Shown here piece after piece: positions 34,003 to 43,584 of a DNA stretch of 64,000 nucleotides. This stretch comes from an uncultured Verrucomicrobiae bacterium (GTDB lineage Bacteria; Verrucomicrobiota; Verrucomicrobiia; Limisphaerales; Palsa-1400), in contig CAVPOM010000014.1 in assembly GCA_963707025.1 (NCBI GenBank), forward strand, positions 224,001 through 288,000. The letters are read 5' to 3'. Position numbers and translations under genes: made by a program. Positions within the stretch are counted from its first letter, which is position 1. Each line of letters begins with the position of its first letter. A model generated the notes under the pieces. The model was not told the DNA's origin, made no database searches, and was given only the letters and a program-made list of their open reading frames with translations.

Positions 34003-35151
34003 TCAAAGCTCGACGTTCATCCTCCGCATGGCCTCTTTAAACGGTTGAATTCCTTGGTCGAACGCCGCCGCCATCGGCACAATTCGGATATGGCGCTCTT
34101 TGCCTTTGAACTTCCGCAGATTTGCCGCCGCCGCGGGTTCATCCATCTTGTTGGCGGCCAACAAACGCGGTTTTTCCAGCAATCCCGGATCATACAACTT
34201 CAGCTCAGCCATCAATTGCCTGTAATCATCGTAAGGATTTCGCCCGTCCGTTCCGGCCATGTCCACCACCAACACTAGAAGCTTGCAGCGCTCCATGTGC
34301 CGCAGAAATTTGTGCCCCAGTCCGGCGTTCTGGTGTGCTCCTTCGATCAACCCCGGCACATCGCAAACTGTCATGCGGTGAAAATCCTCGAATTCCAGAA
34401 TTCCGATCTGCGGATGCAGGGTCGTAAACGGATAAGGCGCCACCTTCGGGCGCGCCTTGGAAATCGCCCTCAGCAGGGTTGATTTTCCCGCGTTGGGAAA
34501 ACCGACCAGCCCAACTTCCGCCATGAGGCGCAGTTCCAGCAGAAACTCCCCTTCCGCACCCGGCTCGCCCGGTTGGGCAAAACGGGGTGTTTGATGCCGT
34601 GCCGTCGCAAAATTCCGGTTGCCCAGACCTCCGCGCCCGCCTTTGCACAAAATAAACTGCTGGCCCGGCTGGGTCAGATCAGCCGCCATTTGCCCTTTCT
34701 TGGTTTGGATCGCCGGGCTGGGAGGTTCAGCCGGACTGATCTCCATGGCCCGCTCCGATCCGGCGTGCCGCAGCATGGGACGCCTGCTCGAACTCGCCGG
34801 CAAGGTCCCGGCAACATCATCAGAATCACCCCGTTCCGGCGCCGGCTCAGCCGGTTCCAATCGCCAAACCAAAGTGCCGCAAGGGACCTTGACAATTAAA
34901 TCCTTGCCCGCGTGCCCGTCCATCCCCTTGCCCAAACCCGGCTCCCCGTCGGCGGCCATCAGCCGCGAATTAAAAAACTGCGCCACCAGGTTGTTGAGGT
35001 CGTGATCCGCCTGGAGGATGACATCGCCGCCGCGCCCGCCGTTGCCGCCGCTGGGGCCGCCTTTGGGGCGGAAGGTCTCCCGGAGAAAGGCCACGCAGCC
35101 CTTGCCCCCGTGTCCTGCCCGCGCATGGACTTTTATTTCATCAACAAACAT
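34003..35151 (-). CDS. obgE: GTPase Obg/CgtA with an internal insertion of about 50 aa
   Basis: MFVDEI, GGNGGRGG, GFPNAGKST, YPFTTL, DVPG, NKMD. Confidence 0.95.
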   Translation of the reverse strand: MFVDEIKVHARAGHGGKGCVAFLRETFRPKGGPSGGNGGRGGDVILQADHDLNNLVAQFFNSRLMAADGEPGLGKGMDGHAGKDLIVKVPCGTLVWRLEPAEPAPERGDSDDVAGTLPASSSRRPMLRHAGSERAMEISPAEPPSPAIQTKKGQMAADLTQPGQQFILCKGGRGGLGNRNFATARHQTPRFAQPGEPGAEGEFLLELRLMAEVGLVGFPNAGKSTLLRAISKARPKVAPYPFTTLHPQIGILEFEDFHRMTVCDVPGLIEGAHQNAGLGHKFLRHMERCKLLVLVVDMAGTDGRNPYDDYRQLMAELKLYDPGLLEKPRLLAANKMDEPAAAANLRKFKGKERHIRIVPMAAAFDQGIQPFKEAMRRMNVEL

Positions 35152-35218
35152 GACTGCTGTTCCACAACAAAAAAGGCGAGGCTGGTTGACCTCGCCGCGA
35201 AAAATAACGGGAAGGAAA

Positions 35219-35500
35219 TTAGTTGCCCGCTGCCGCCGCCTCCTCTGCCGCCGCCTTTTCCGGCTGCACATTGACCCGGTGGCTGTCCTTGTCGAAGCGC
35301 ACCTTGCCATCGGTCAGCGCGAACAACGTCCAATCCCGCCCCGTGCCGACATTCCTGCCGGCAATGAACTTGGAGCCGCGCTGGCGGACCAAAATACTTC
35401 CGGCCGTGACCACCTGCCCGCCAAATTCCTTGACGCCCAGGCGCTTGCTCACGCTGTCCCGGCCATTGCGAACACTGCCTTGACCTTTCTTGTGTGCCAT
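35219..35500 (-). CDS. rpmA: 50S ribosomal protein L27
   Basis: [20 protein letters not shown]. Confidence 0.98.
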   Translation of the reverse strand: MAHKKGQGSVRNGRDSVSKRLGVKEFGGQVVTAGSILVRQRGSKFIAGRNVGTGRDWTLFALTDGKVRFDKDSHRVNVQPEKAAAEEAAAAGN

Positions 35501-35504
35501 AAAT

Positions 35505-35816
35505 CTATCCTTTGATCTCTTTGATTTTCACGACGGTCAATTCTTGTCTGTGACCGATTTTGCGGTGGTAACCTTTGCGGCGTTTCATCTTGAAAGCCAC
35601 CTTCTTCTCACCGCGAATATGCTCCACCACATCCGCCAGCACTGTCGCCTGGGCGACATGGGGCGCGCCGAACTTCACCTTGCCCTCGTCACTGACGAGC
35701 AGCACGTGATCGAACGTGTAAGTTTGACCCTTCTCTGTCGCGACCCGTTCAATTTCCAGCGTATCGCCGGCGGCCACGCGATACTGTTTGCTTCCCGTCT
35801 CGATTATTGCGTACAT
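35505..35816 (-). CDS. rplU: 50S ribosomal protein L21
   Basis: [26 protein letters not shown]. Confidence 0.98.
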   Translation of the reverse strand: MYAIIETGSKQYRVAAGDTLEIERVATEKGQTYTFDHVLLVSDEGKVKFGAPHVAQATVLADVVEHIRGEKKVAFKMKRRKGYHRKIGHRQELTVVKIKEIKG

Positions 35817-35939
35817 AAATATATATCCAAAAAAGGGTGTTAATCAGACCAAAGTGGCTGGATCATGTCAACCCTTCTTTTGCAATAATTTGCCCATCAA
35901 CTAATTATCGGGCTTTCCCAAGGATACTTTACCTCCATT

Positions 35940-36328
35940 CCGGGAAATTCGCAATGGTGAGTTTTCAACTGAATCCAAGGCCGGCCCCCCCCACCCCCTG
36001 CAACTGAAACCAGGTGAAATTAGGTGAAACTGGGTGAAACCATGTGAAATTAACTGAAAAAAAACTCGAAACAATTGGGACGCACTGGACTCATGGGCCG
36101 CGCGGGGTTTTTGGGTCAGTTTTTCGGTCAAGCCTGCTTTTTGTGGTTTGACTGGCTTTGACCGGGTTTGACCGGCGGTCGCTTTATCGTTACAGGCAAG
36201 GGGGCAACTCAACTTGTCCGGAGACTGCCGGAAGCTTGCGCTTTGGCCCGACCCAAGCCCGCCCGCCTTGTCTTTCTGCCTTGCCCTCATCACTTAAGAA
36301 AGATTAACATTTAAGCGCCATTTGTCAA
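35940..36328 (-). repeat. Promoter-headed modular intergenic element, copy C
   Basis: TTGACA-N16-TAATCT (36328-36301); GGTCAAA repeats 36145-36175; six 10-mers nnnnTGAAAn at 36001-36060. Confidence 0.7.
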
Positions 36329-36588
36329 CGGATACTTTTGGATTATTGAAAAGGAGGCCGCGGGCCACGGAGGGCGCGCCATGGCCGCGCAAAGGGGCAA
36401 GATAGTGTCGGCCTCCTGTCCGTCGGCTTGCAGGCCCTGCGAAGGGGGAAGTCTTGGCGAAGGGCGATGTGCGCCGATTTCGAGCCGCAGGCTCGACGCT
36501 ACAACACATTAGGAACGGCCGTTGGTTCCTGGTCTTTGGCCCTGTTTTGATGTCGCCTCTTGCAGGCAAGGTTTTGTTGGAGCGGGGA

Positions 36589-37348
36589 TCAAGGGAAAAC
36601 CAGGCGGATGGAGGGGGTGGCGGGGACATGGCCGGCGGGCCATTTGGTGGTTGGGGTGGCGTTGCGCAGCCAGTCGTGGTTGAAACTGGCACTGGAGACT
36701 TGTTGGGCGCTGCCATCACCGAGCAATATGTTGCCGCCTCCGGCAGTGATTCCGGCCGAGTGCATCTTCAAGGACCATGAAACGGGGCCGGAAATCGGGA
36801 TGGCGACGTCGTTTCCTTTGCCGCTTGCCGGGGAAAAGCCGGTACTCGGGGTCAGGCTTGGTGCCAGCACCTACATTGCGGTCACCGCTGATCAAAGATT
36901 GTGGATGTGCCTCGTTTGCGCTCACGCCGACGAAGTAAGAGACGTTGGTGTTGTCCCAATTGTTGGTGAAACTGGTTGCGGCCCGACGTTCATCCGAGGG
37001 GCAATTAACAAGTCTCGGTTCCTGCGCAAGCTCGCTTTGCATGATCGCGTAGTTGGTCCAACAGCGCGCGCCTTGGTCGGCATTGGTGAGGAAGTCCCCC
37101 CATCCGCCTTTGGCCACCGTTTGCTCGGCGGGCGTGCGATCTCCGTTGTCTGCGGCCCAGAGGCGGTAAGCGATATAGATTTCTTTGAGGTTGTTCAAAC
37201 AAGAGATGCGATTGGCAGACGAATGGACCCTTCGCCGCGGCAGAAAGAGCGAGGCGATCACCAAACCAAGAATGATCGTAAGAACGATCACCACGATTAA
37301 CTCTAGGCGAGTGAATGCGGACAGGGCGGGCGTCGCTTTTTGTTTCAT
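36589..37348 (-). CDS. Prepilin-like protein, paralog of 32647-33573, frameshifted near 36842
   Basis: AFTRLELIVV; shared [37 protein letters not shown]; extra C in GAGTACCGGC. Confidence 0.8.
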
Positions 37349-37475
37349 GGGGCCTCCAGGAGTAAGTCAACCACATTTCGGGGCGGAAAGCAAGGAGATT
37401 GTGGCATCGGTGCGGGGCGGGGCGCGGCCTTGTTCGACTCTTGCCGCCTGCGGCGGGACGTGCTAAATTGCCGGC

Positions 37476-37664
37476 ATGAGCACTCTGGCTGAGATCGAAA
37501 CCGCGGTGGGTGCGCTGCCACCGCCGCAACAAGAAGAATTGTTGCGGCATTTGGCGGAGCGCCTGAGAACAGGAGGAGAACCCAAACGCCGCCTGCCGCT
37601 TGTGCCCGCCACAGGACACCCCATCACCCAAGAGGAAATTGACGATGCGCTCGATGCCGACTGA
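37476..37664 (+). CDS. Small antitoxin-like protein with no intact cognate toxin downstream
   Basis: MSTLAEIETAV..LP...QEELL...ITQEEIDDAL pattern of small type II antitoxins. Confidence 0.55.
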   Translation: MSTLAEIETAVGALPPPQQEELLRHLAERLRTGGEPKRRLPLVPATGHPITQEEIDDALDAD

Positions 37665-37711
37665 GGGCGTGGAGGTCATTTTCGCCTCCGGTCATGCCGG
37701 GCGTGGCCGTC

Positions 37712-38126
37712 CTAAGGATGACGTGTCCGCCACAGAGCAACAAATTCGGCAGGGTTTACCACACGCATCCCTCGACATTTGGCCGGCGGATAATCGGCGA
37801 TATTGCCCGTGACAAGATAGTCGGCAGAAGCCGCCAGCGCGACGTCAAGAAATGGCTCGTCATCTCGATCTGGCAAATTCAGCGTTGTATTGGAGGGGGC
37901 AACCGACAAACCATCCACCTCAAATTTGATCAGCACTTCCCGAACGCGAATCGGGTCAAATTTGAAACGAGGCCGGGCCAGAACCTCCGAGGTACTCGGC
38001 AAGGATGCGCTTGTCATGGCAGGTTTGGATGGCTCCTGTCAACGCAAGGGTCAGAATCGCGGCGGGATTTCCCTTGCTGTTCAATAAACCCGACACGACA
38101 ACGTTGGTGTCGAGCACAACTTTCAC
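37712..38126 (-). CDS. PIN-domain (VapC-like) toxin, frameshifted near 37990
   Basis: GTG start, KVVLDTNVVVSGLL...ILAEY then SEVLARPRF...PDRDDEPFL...LVTGN after one extra base. Confidence 0.8.
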
Positions 38127-38414
38127 TTCCGAAGATGAGTTTGACGGGTGGCCTTGATTTCGGCGTCAATATCGTCCATGGACAAACCGGAAGTGCCATT
38201 GGCCTCGGCGGTCTGTTGCAGGGCAACCTGCGCTTGCACCGCGCGCACGCCGCGAAGCGCGGCAAGGGTGGGTTCCAAGCTCTTCGCATCAACGGGCAAT
38301 AAAACCGCCACAGGCTTGCCTTGAGCGGTGACAACCAAATCCTCTTTGTCCACTGACTTGAGCCACTGGTCGGCCGATTGCTTCTTCAGGTCGTTAATGC
38401 TTATAGTACCTCAC
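38123..38414 (-). CDS. Phd/YefM-family antitoxin, frameshifted near 38407
   Basis: TISINDLKK...LVVTAQGKPVAVL; GTGA overlap with the PIN gene. Confidence 0.7.
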
Positions 38415-38538
38415 GATTTATAATCTACCGCATCTGTTCCTGGTTGGAAAGTCCCAATCACCCGGCAACCCAAATCTATTAAAGGTGTGCTCGCGGACTG
38501 ACCCAAAAGGCAACCTGGTTTTGGATGAAGTTTTTCGC

Positions 38539-38578
38539 CGGCGAGACGCCGACGGAGGCGGTCGGGACGACCGCTCCC
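38539..38578. repeat. REP-like double hairpin downstream of atpG
   Basis: CGGCG-AGA-CGCCG and GCGGTCG-GGA-CGACCGC-TCCC. Confidence 0.5.
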
Positions 38579-38634
38579 GAAGAAGCCGCCAAGGATTGGG
38601 ATGGGCTGCCCTCAATCAGCAATCCGCAATTGTA

Positions 38635-39507
38635 TCAGCTCATGGCCATGGCGGCGCTGGCGATTTCGAGGAGTTCCTTGGTGATGTTGGCCTGACGCAA
38701 CTTGTTGTACTCCAGGGTGAGGTCCTTGATGAATTGCAGGGCGTTGTCGGTGGCGTTTTTCATGGCGACCATGCGGGCGCTGTGTTCGCTGGCCTTGGCT
38801 TCGAGGAGGATTTGGTAGATCTGAAAATTCAGGCTGTGCGGGAGCAGGGCGGCCAGCACATGCTCCTGGCTCGGCTCGAAGAGGAACTCGCCGGTCTGCC
38901 CGGGGAGCGAGCCGGCCTTGTCCGCGCCCATGCCGGCTTGGACGGGGGCGACTTCACTGATGGGGAGAAGCTGGCGCACTTCGGGCTTTTGCACCAGGGT
39001 GGAGACGAAGTTGGTGAAGACGATGTCAACGCGGTCCACTTCGCCCTTGAGGAAGAGGTCGCCGGCGAATTTGGAAATGGCGCGGGCTTCGGCGAAAAGG
39101 GGAGCGTCCTTGAAGGTGAATTCGGCGACCATCTGGCGCTTGGTGCGGGCCAGGAACTGGGAGCCTTTGCGGCCGGCGGCGATGAAAACGGCGCCGTTGT
39201 CGAACTTGGCCGCCTCGCGCATGAGGTTGCTGTTGAGGCCGCCGCACAGGCCCTTGTCGGTGCTGACGAGGATGACGCCACGGCGCGCGCCCTCGCGTGG
39301 TTCCATGAAGGGATGGGTGACTTCCCTGGTCTCGGAGGCGACTTCGGCCAGGACCTTGTTCATGAGGCGGGCATAGGGGCGGCCGGCCAGGGCGGCTTGC
39401 TGGGCTTTGCGCATCTTGGACGCCGCCACCATTTGCATGGCCTTGGTGATTTGGGCGGTGTTCTTGACCGACTTGATGCGCCGGCGGATGTCGCGCGTGC
39501 TGGGCAT
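38635..39507 (-). CDS. atpG: ATP synthase F1 gamma subunit
   Basis: QITKAMQMVAASK, DKGLCG, ASEHSARMVAMKNATDNA, RQANITKEL. Confidence 0.97.
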   Translation of the reverse strand: MPSTRDIRRRIKSVKNTAQITKAMQMVAASKMRKAQQAALAGRPYARLMNKVLAEVASETREVTHPFMEPREGARRGVILVSTDKGLCGGLNSNLMREAAKFDNGAVFIAAGRKGSQFLARTKRQMVAEFTFKDAPLFAEARAISKFAGDLFLKGEVDRVDIVFTNFVSTLVQKPEVRQLLPISEVAPVQAGMGADKAGSLPGQTGEFLFEPSQEHVLAALLPHSLNFQIYQILLEAKASEHSARMVAMKNATDNALQFIKDLTLEYNKLRQANITKELLEIASAAMAMS

Positions 39508-39513
39508 GGGCTG

Positions 39514-41048
39514 CTAACGGTAAGTCTGTTTGAATTCGGTGACGGCGGCCTTGAGATCGGCGATGAGGGGATCGCTCAAGGCTTTTTCACGGCGGATTTT
39601 TTCCATCAAGGCCGGCTTGCGGCCGACGAGAAAATCGGTGAGCTTGGCCTGGAAATCCTTGATCTTGTCCACGGCCACGTCGTCCATGAGGGCGTTTTGC
39701 ACGGTCCACAAAGTGGCGGCCTGGACTTCGACGGCAATGGGGTTGTATTGCTGTTGTTTGAAGACTTCGACGATGCGCTTGCCGCGTTCCAGTTGGGCCT
39801 GGGTCTTGGCGTCGAGGTCGGAGCCGAACTGGGCGAAGGCGGCCAGTTCGCGGAATTGGGCCAGGTCGAGCTTGATGCGGCCGGCGACTTGTTTCATGGC
39901 CTTGACCTGGGCGGCGGAACCGACGCGGGAAACGGAGAGGCCGACGGAAATGGCGGGGCGGATGCCTTGATAGAACAGATCGGTTTCCAAATAAATCTGG
40001 CCGTCGGTGATGGAGATGACGTTGGTCGGGATGTAGGCGGAAACGTCGCCGGCCTGGGTTTCGATGATGGGCAGTGCGGTGAGGGAACCGTTGCCGTATT
40101 TCTCGCCGACGCGGGCGGAGCGTTCGAGCAGACGGCTGTGGAGATAGAACACGTCGCCGGGATAGGCTTCGCGGCCGGAGGGGCGCTTGAGGACGAGGGA
40201 AACCTGGCGGTAGGCGACGGCGTGCTTGGAGAGGTCGTCGTAAATAATGAGTGCGTCCATGCCGTTGTCCATGAACCATTCGCCCATGGCCGCGCCGGCA
40301 AAGGGGGCCAGGTATTGGTTGGTGGCCGAATCGGAGGCGCAGGCGCTGACAATGATGGTGTAAGGCATGGCGCCGGCTTCTTCCAGGACGGCGATGACGC
40401 GGGCGACGTTGGATTGTTTCTGGCCGACGGCGACGTAGATGCAATAAAGCGGGCGGTAGGCGGCGTCGCCCGCCGCCAGGGCGGCTTTGTTCAAGCGGGC
40501 CTGGCTGATGATGGTGTCAATGCCAATGGTGGTCTTGCCCGTGGAGCGGTCGCCGATGATCAATTCCCGCTGGCCCCGCCCGATGGGAATCATGGCGTCA
40601 ATGGCCATGATGCCGGTTTGCACCGGCTGGCTGACCGGCTGGCGGCTGATGATGCCGGGGGCGATTTTTTCCACCGGATAATTGGTCTGGGCCGCGATGG
40701 GGCCTTTGCCGTCGATGCGGCTGGCCCAGGGAATCCACCACCCGGCCGAGCAAGGCCTTGCCCACCGGCACCTGGAGGAGCTTGCCGGTGGTGCGGACCT
40801 CCTGGCCTTCCTTGATGGCGGTGTAGTCGCCCAGGATGATGGCGCCGACTTCCGTTTCTTCCAGGTTCAAGGCCAGGCCGACGATGCCGTTGCCGAAGTC
40901 GAGCATTTCATTGAGCATGGCATCGGAGAGGCCCTCGACCTTGGCCACGCCGTCGCCGATTTCGCGCACGGCGCCGACGTTTTGTTTGGCTGACGCCGGT
41001 TTTGAGGCCGGAGATTTGGGCTTCGATTTCTTGCAACAAGGTACTCAT
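39514..41048 (-). CDS. atpA: ATP synthase F1 alpha subunit, two +1 frameshifts (about 40990 and 40717)
   Basis: [48 protein letters not shown]. Confidence 0.93.
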
Positions 41049-41057
41049 AAAAATTGA

Positions 41058-41450
41058 CTAGGAACTTTCCCGCAACGCGGCCAGCCGCGCCCGGACGCTG
41101 CCGTCATAGACATCGCCGCCGACTTGAATGCGGACGCCGCCGAGCAGGGCGGGATTGCCGGCAAAAACAAAACTCAACCCGGGGCCATAGGCCCGCGCCA
41201 AATCGGCGCGCACCAGCGCCTGCCAGGGCGCCGGCAAGTCGGCCGCGCTTTCGATTTTGGCCGTGTGCCGCGTCACGTCCAGTTTCACCAGGCGCTGGAA
41301 CTGGGAGAGCACGGCCAGGTAACCGCGGGGTTTGCGGGCCGCGAGCAACCCGACGGCCTGGCGCACCCGGTTATCATCGAGCAATCCGCCGGCCTGGCAG
41401 CTTTGGAACAACTGCCGGGCTTCATGGCGGGCTTGTTTGGAAATTTTCAT
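41058..41450 (-). CDS. atpH: ATP synthase delta subunit (short form)
   Basis: NPALLGGVRIQVGGDVYDGSV; operon position. Confidence 0.88.
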   Translation of the reverse strand: MKISKQARHEARQLFQSCQAGGLLDDNRVRQAVGLLAARKPRGYLAVLSQFQRLVKLDVTRHTAKIESAADLPAPWQALVRADLARAYGPGLSFVFAGNPALLGGVRIQVGGDVYDGSVRARLAALRESS

Positions 41451-41466
41451 GTGGCCCTGTCAAACC

Positions 41467-42018
41467 TCAGGCGGCCAACTGGCGCCGGGTTTCCTCCGCC
41501 AGCCGTTGTTGATCGTCGGCGGTGAGGACTTTGCCCGTGACGGCGGCGGTGGTGCGCACGACCAGGGTGAGGACTTCCTGCTTCAACTCGGCCAGCATGC
41601 GGCCGTGTTCCATGGCGGTGGCTTGGCGGGCCTTGGCAATGATTTGCTCGGCCTGGGCGACGGCCTTTTGCGTTTCCTGTTCGTGGACGCGGGCGGCGGC
41701 GGCGCGGGCTTCTTCGATCATTTTGGTCGCCTGGACATTGGCCTTGTCCAGCACCTCGCTGCGCAGGGCCTGGGTGCGGGCCAGTTCCTGCTTGATTTTT
41801 TCGGCGTTGTCCAAGCCTTCGGCAATGAGCTGGCGCCGCTCGGCCAGGACTTTGAGAATGGGTTTGTAGGCGAACCTGGCCAGGAGAAAAGCGACAATGG
41901 AGAAGCTGATGACTTGGGCAAAGAAATGCGGCAAATCCCAGGCAAACTTTTCCGCGGTCTGTCTGCCGGTCTGGGCCAGATCGCTGCCGATGCCGGCAAT
42001 TAAAATCAAATGATTCAT
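41467..42018 (-). CDS. atpF: ATP synthase F0 b subunit
   Basis: TM followed by YKPILKVLAERR and a long coiled coil. Confidence 0.92.
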   Translation of the reverse strand: MNHLILIAGIGSDLAQTGRQTAEKFAWDLPHFFAQVISFSIVAFLLARFAYKPILKVLAERRQLIAEGLDNAEKIKQELARTQALRSEVLDKANVQATKMIEEARAAAARVHEQETQKAVAQAEQIIAKARQATAMEHGRMLAELKQEVLTLVVRTTAAVTGKVLTADDQQRLAEETRRQLAA

Positions 42019-42075
42019 AAAAGGACTGAAAAAAGGCGGGCGCGCCAGCGGCCAGGCGGCGCGCCTGCCCCAGGG

Positions 42076-42285
42076 TTACTTCATGAGGATGGCGTAGAAG
42101 ACGATGGCCTCGGCCAAAGCCATGCCCAGAATGGCGATGGCAATGATCTTGCCGAACGCGCCGGGATTGCGCCCGACTGCTTCCGAGGCTTTCATGCCAA
42201 CCAATCCTACTCCAATGGCCGAACCCAAGCCGGCCAGGCCGACTTGAATGCTGCCATTCACTTCCGCCAACAGAGGCGTTACCAT
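42076..42285 (-). CDS. atpE: ATP synthase F0 c subunit
   Basis: GxGxG helix, RNP loop, ALAEA ion-binding Glu. Confidence 0.95.
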   Translation of the reverse strand: MVTPLLAEVNGSIQVGLAGLGSAIGVGLVGMKASEAVGRNPGAFGKIIAIAILGMALAEAIVFYAILMK

Positions 42286-42362
42286 AATCTTGCCTTTCTT
42301 TACTTTGTTTTCTCCGGCGTCTCCCGCGATTGAACACGGTCAAGACGTCGAAATTGTTAATC

Positions 42363-43301
42363 TCAGTGATGCGCCTTTTCGTGCTCCTCCTCGTGCGTGC
42401 AAATCACCCCGGTGAAAACGGCGGTCAACAGCATGAAGACCAGGGCCTGCACCACACCCACCAGCAGTTCCATGAAATAAAAAGGCACCGGGAGCAACGC
42501 GCTGAAGACCGCCCTGGCCCAGGCGGGATGCTGCACCGTGCGCGACATGGCATCCAGCAGGCTTTCGCCGGCGAAAATGTTCCCGTAGAGACGCAGGCTC
42601 AAGGAAATCGGGCGGAAGGCGATGGAAAGCAATTCGATAAAACCCACCAGGAAGAACACGACCACCATCAAGTATTTGAGAATGCCGGAAAGGTCCCCCT
42701 TGGGGCCGAAGATATGCTTGATAAACCCCCAAAGACCGTTGGCTTGCAAGGCCCAAACGAGCCAAAGCACCATGAATATCAGGGCCATGGCGGAGGTCAT
42801 GTTCAAGTCGGCGTTCCCGCCGCGCAGCCACGGGTGGGTCACTTCCACGCCCTCCGGCGCAGACACGCCCCACCCAATCGTTCCCACGCCTGGAATCAGC
42901 CCAAACCAGTTGGTGAAAAAAATGAAGATAAAAATCGTGGCAAAAAACCAAAATGTCTTCTTCACCAGGTCGGGACCGATCACGCCTTCGAGAAAGCCAT
43001 AAAGGCTTTCCACTATCCATTCCCAGAAGTTCTGCGCGCCCTCGGGGACCCGTTTCATGTGGCGCGTGGCCAACCGGGCGAAGAGGATCACCCCCAGCGC
43101 CACAATCCACGTCACCAGCATGGAATTGGTCACCGGAAAGGCGCCGATGTGAAAAATCTTGCTCGCGCCCGAGGGCAATCCTTCCGGCCTGGCCTCCTGC
43201 GCGGCGGCGGCGGAGTCCCCGGCGCCGGGCGCCCCCTGTTCCGCGGCCCGCCCCGGCAGCGGCAGCAACAACAACATGACTGCAAATAAGACTGATCTCA
43301 T
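42363..43301 (-). CDS. atpB: ATP synthase F0 a subunit
   Basis: NWFGLIPG, RPISLSLRLYGNIFAG, ELLVGVVQALVF. Confidence 0.95.
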   Translation of the reverse strand: MRSVLFAVMLLLLPLPGRAAEQGAPGAGDSAAAAQEARPEGLPSGASKIFHIGAFPVTNSMLVTWIVALGVILFARLATRHMKRVPEGAQNFWEWIVESLYGFLEGVIGPDLVKKTFWFFATIFIFIFFTNWFGLIPGVGTIGWGVSAPEGVEVTHPWLRGGNADLNMTSAMALIFMVLWLVWALQANGLWGFIKHIFGPKGDLSGILKYLMVVVFFLVGFIELLSIAFRPISLSLRLYGNIFAGESLLDAMSRTVQHPAWARAVFSALLPVPFYFMELLVGVVQALVFMLLTAVFTGVICTHEEEHEKAHH

Positions 43302-43584
43302 TGAGAAAGAGTTCAGGAAAGTGCCTCATCGTGAAATTTTTCACAAGCGTTTTTTTAGCCTTTCCCGCACCCTGGTCGCATGCCGGCTTCGTCGAGCCTT
43401 CCTGCTGGCTCAACGGGGTCTGGGACCGATAATCAAAACCCGGAATCACCAATAACACATTCTCAATCGAAAACTCTCGATTTCCGCCCTGGAGCACTGC
43501 TTCGCGGGTTCTCAGAATTGAAAATTGGTGATTGAGAATTGGCCATCGGTAATCTCGACAAAGGTGAGATGCGCCCCCGGACCG

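Noticed and set aside
39514..41048. Programmed frameshifting or true pseudogene in atpA
   Set aside because: No convincing slippery sites, and neighbouring genes show similar single-base insertions, so sequence error is more likely.
42076..42285. Na+-translocating ATP synthase
   Set aside because: The c subunit has EA rather than the ES/T Na+-binding signature.
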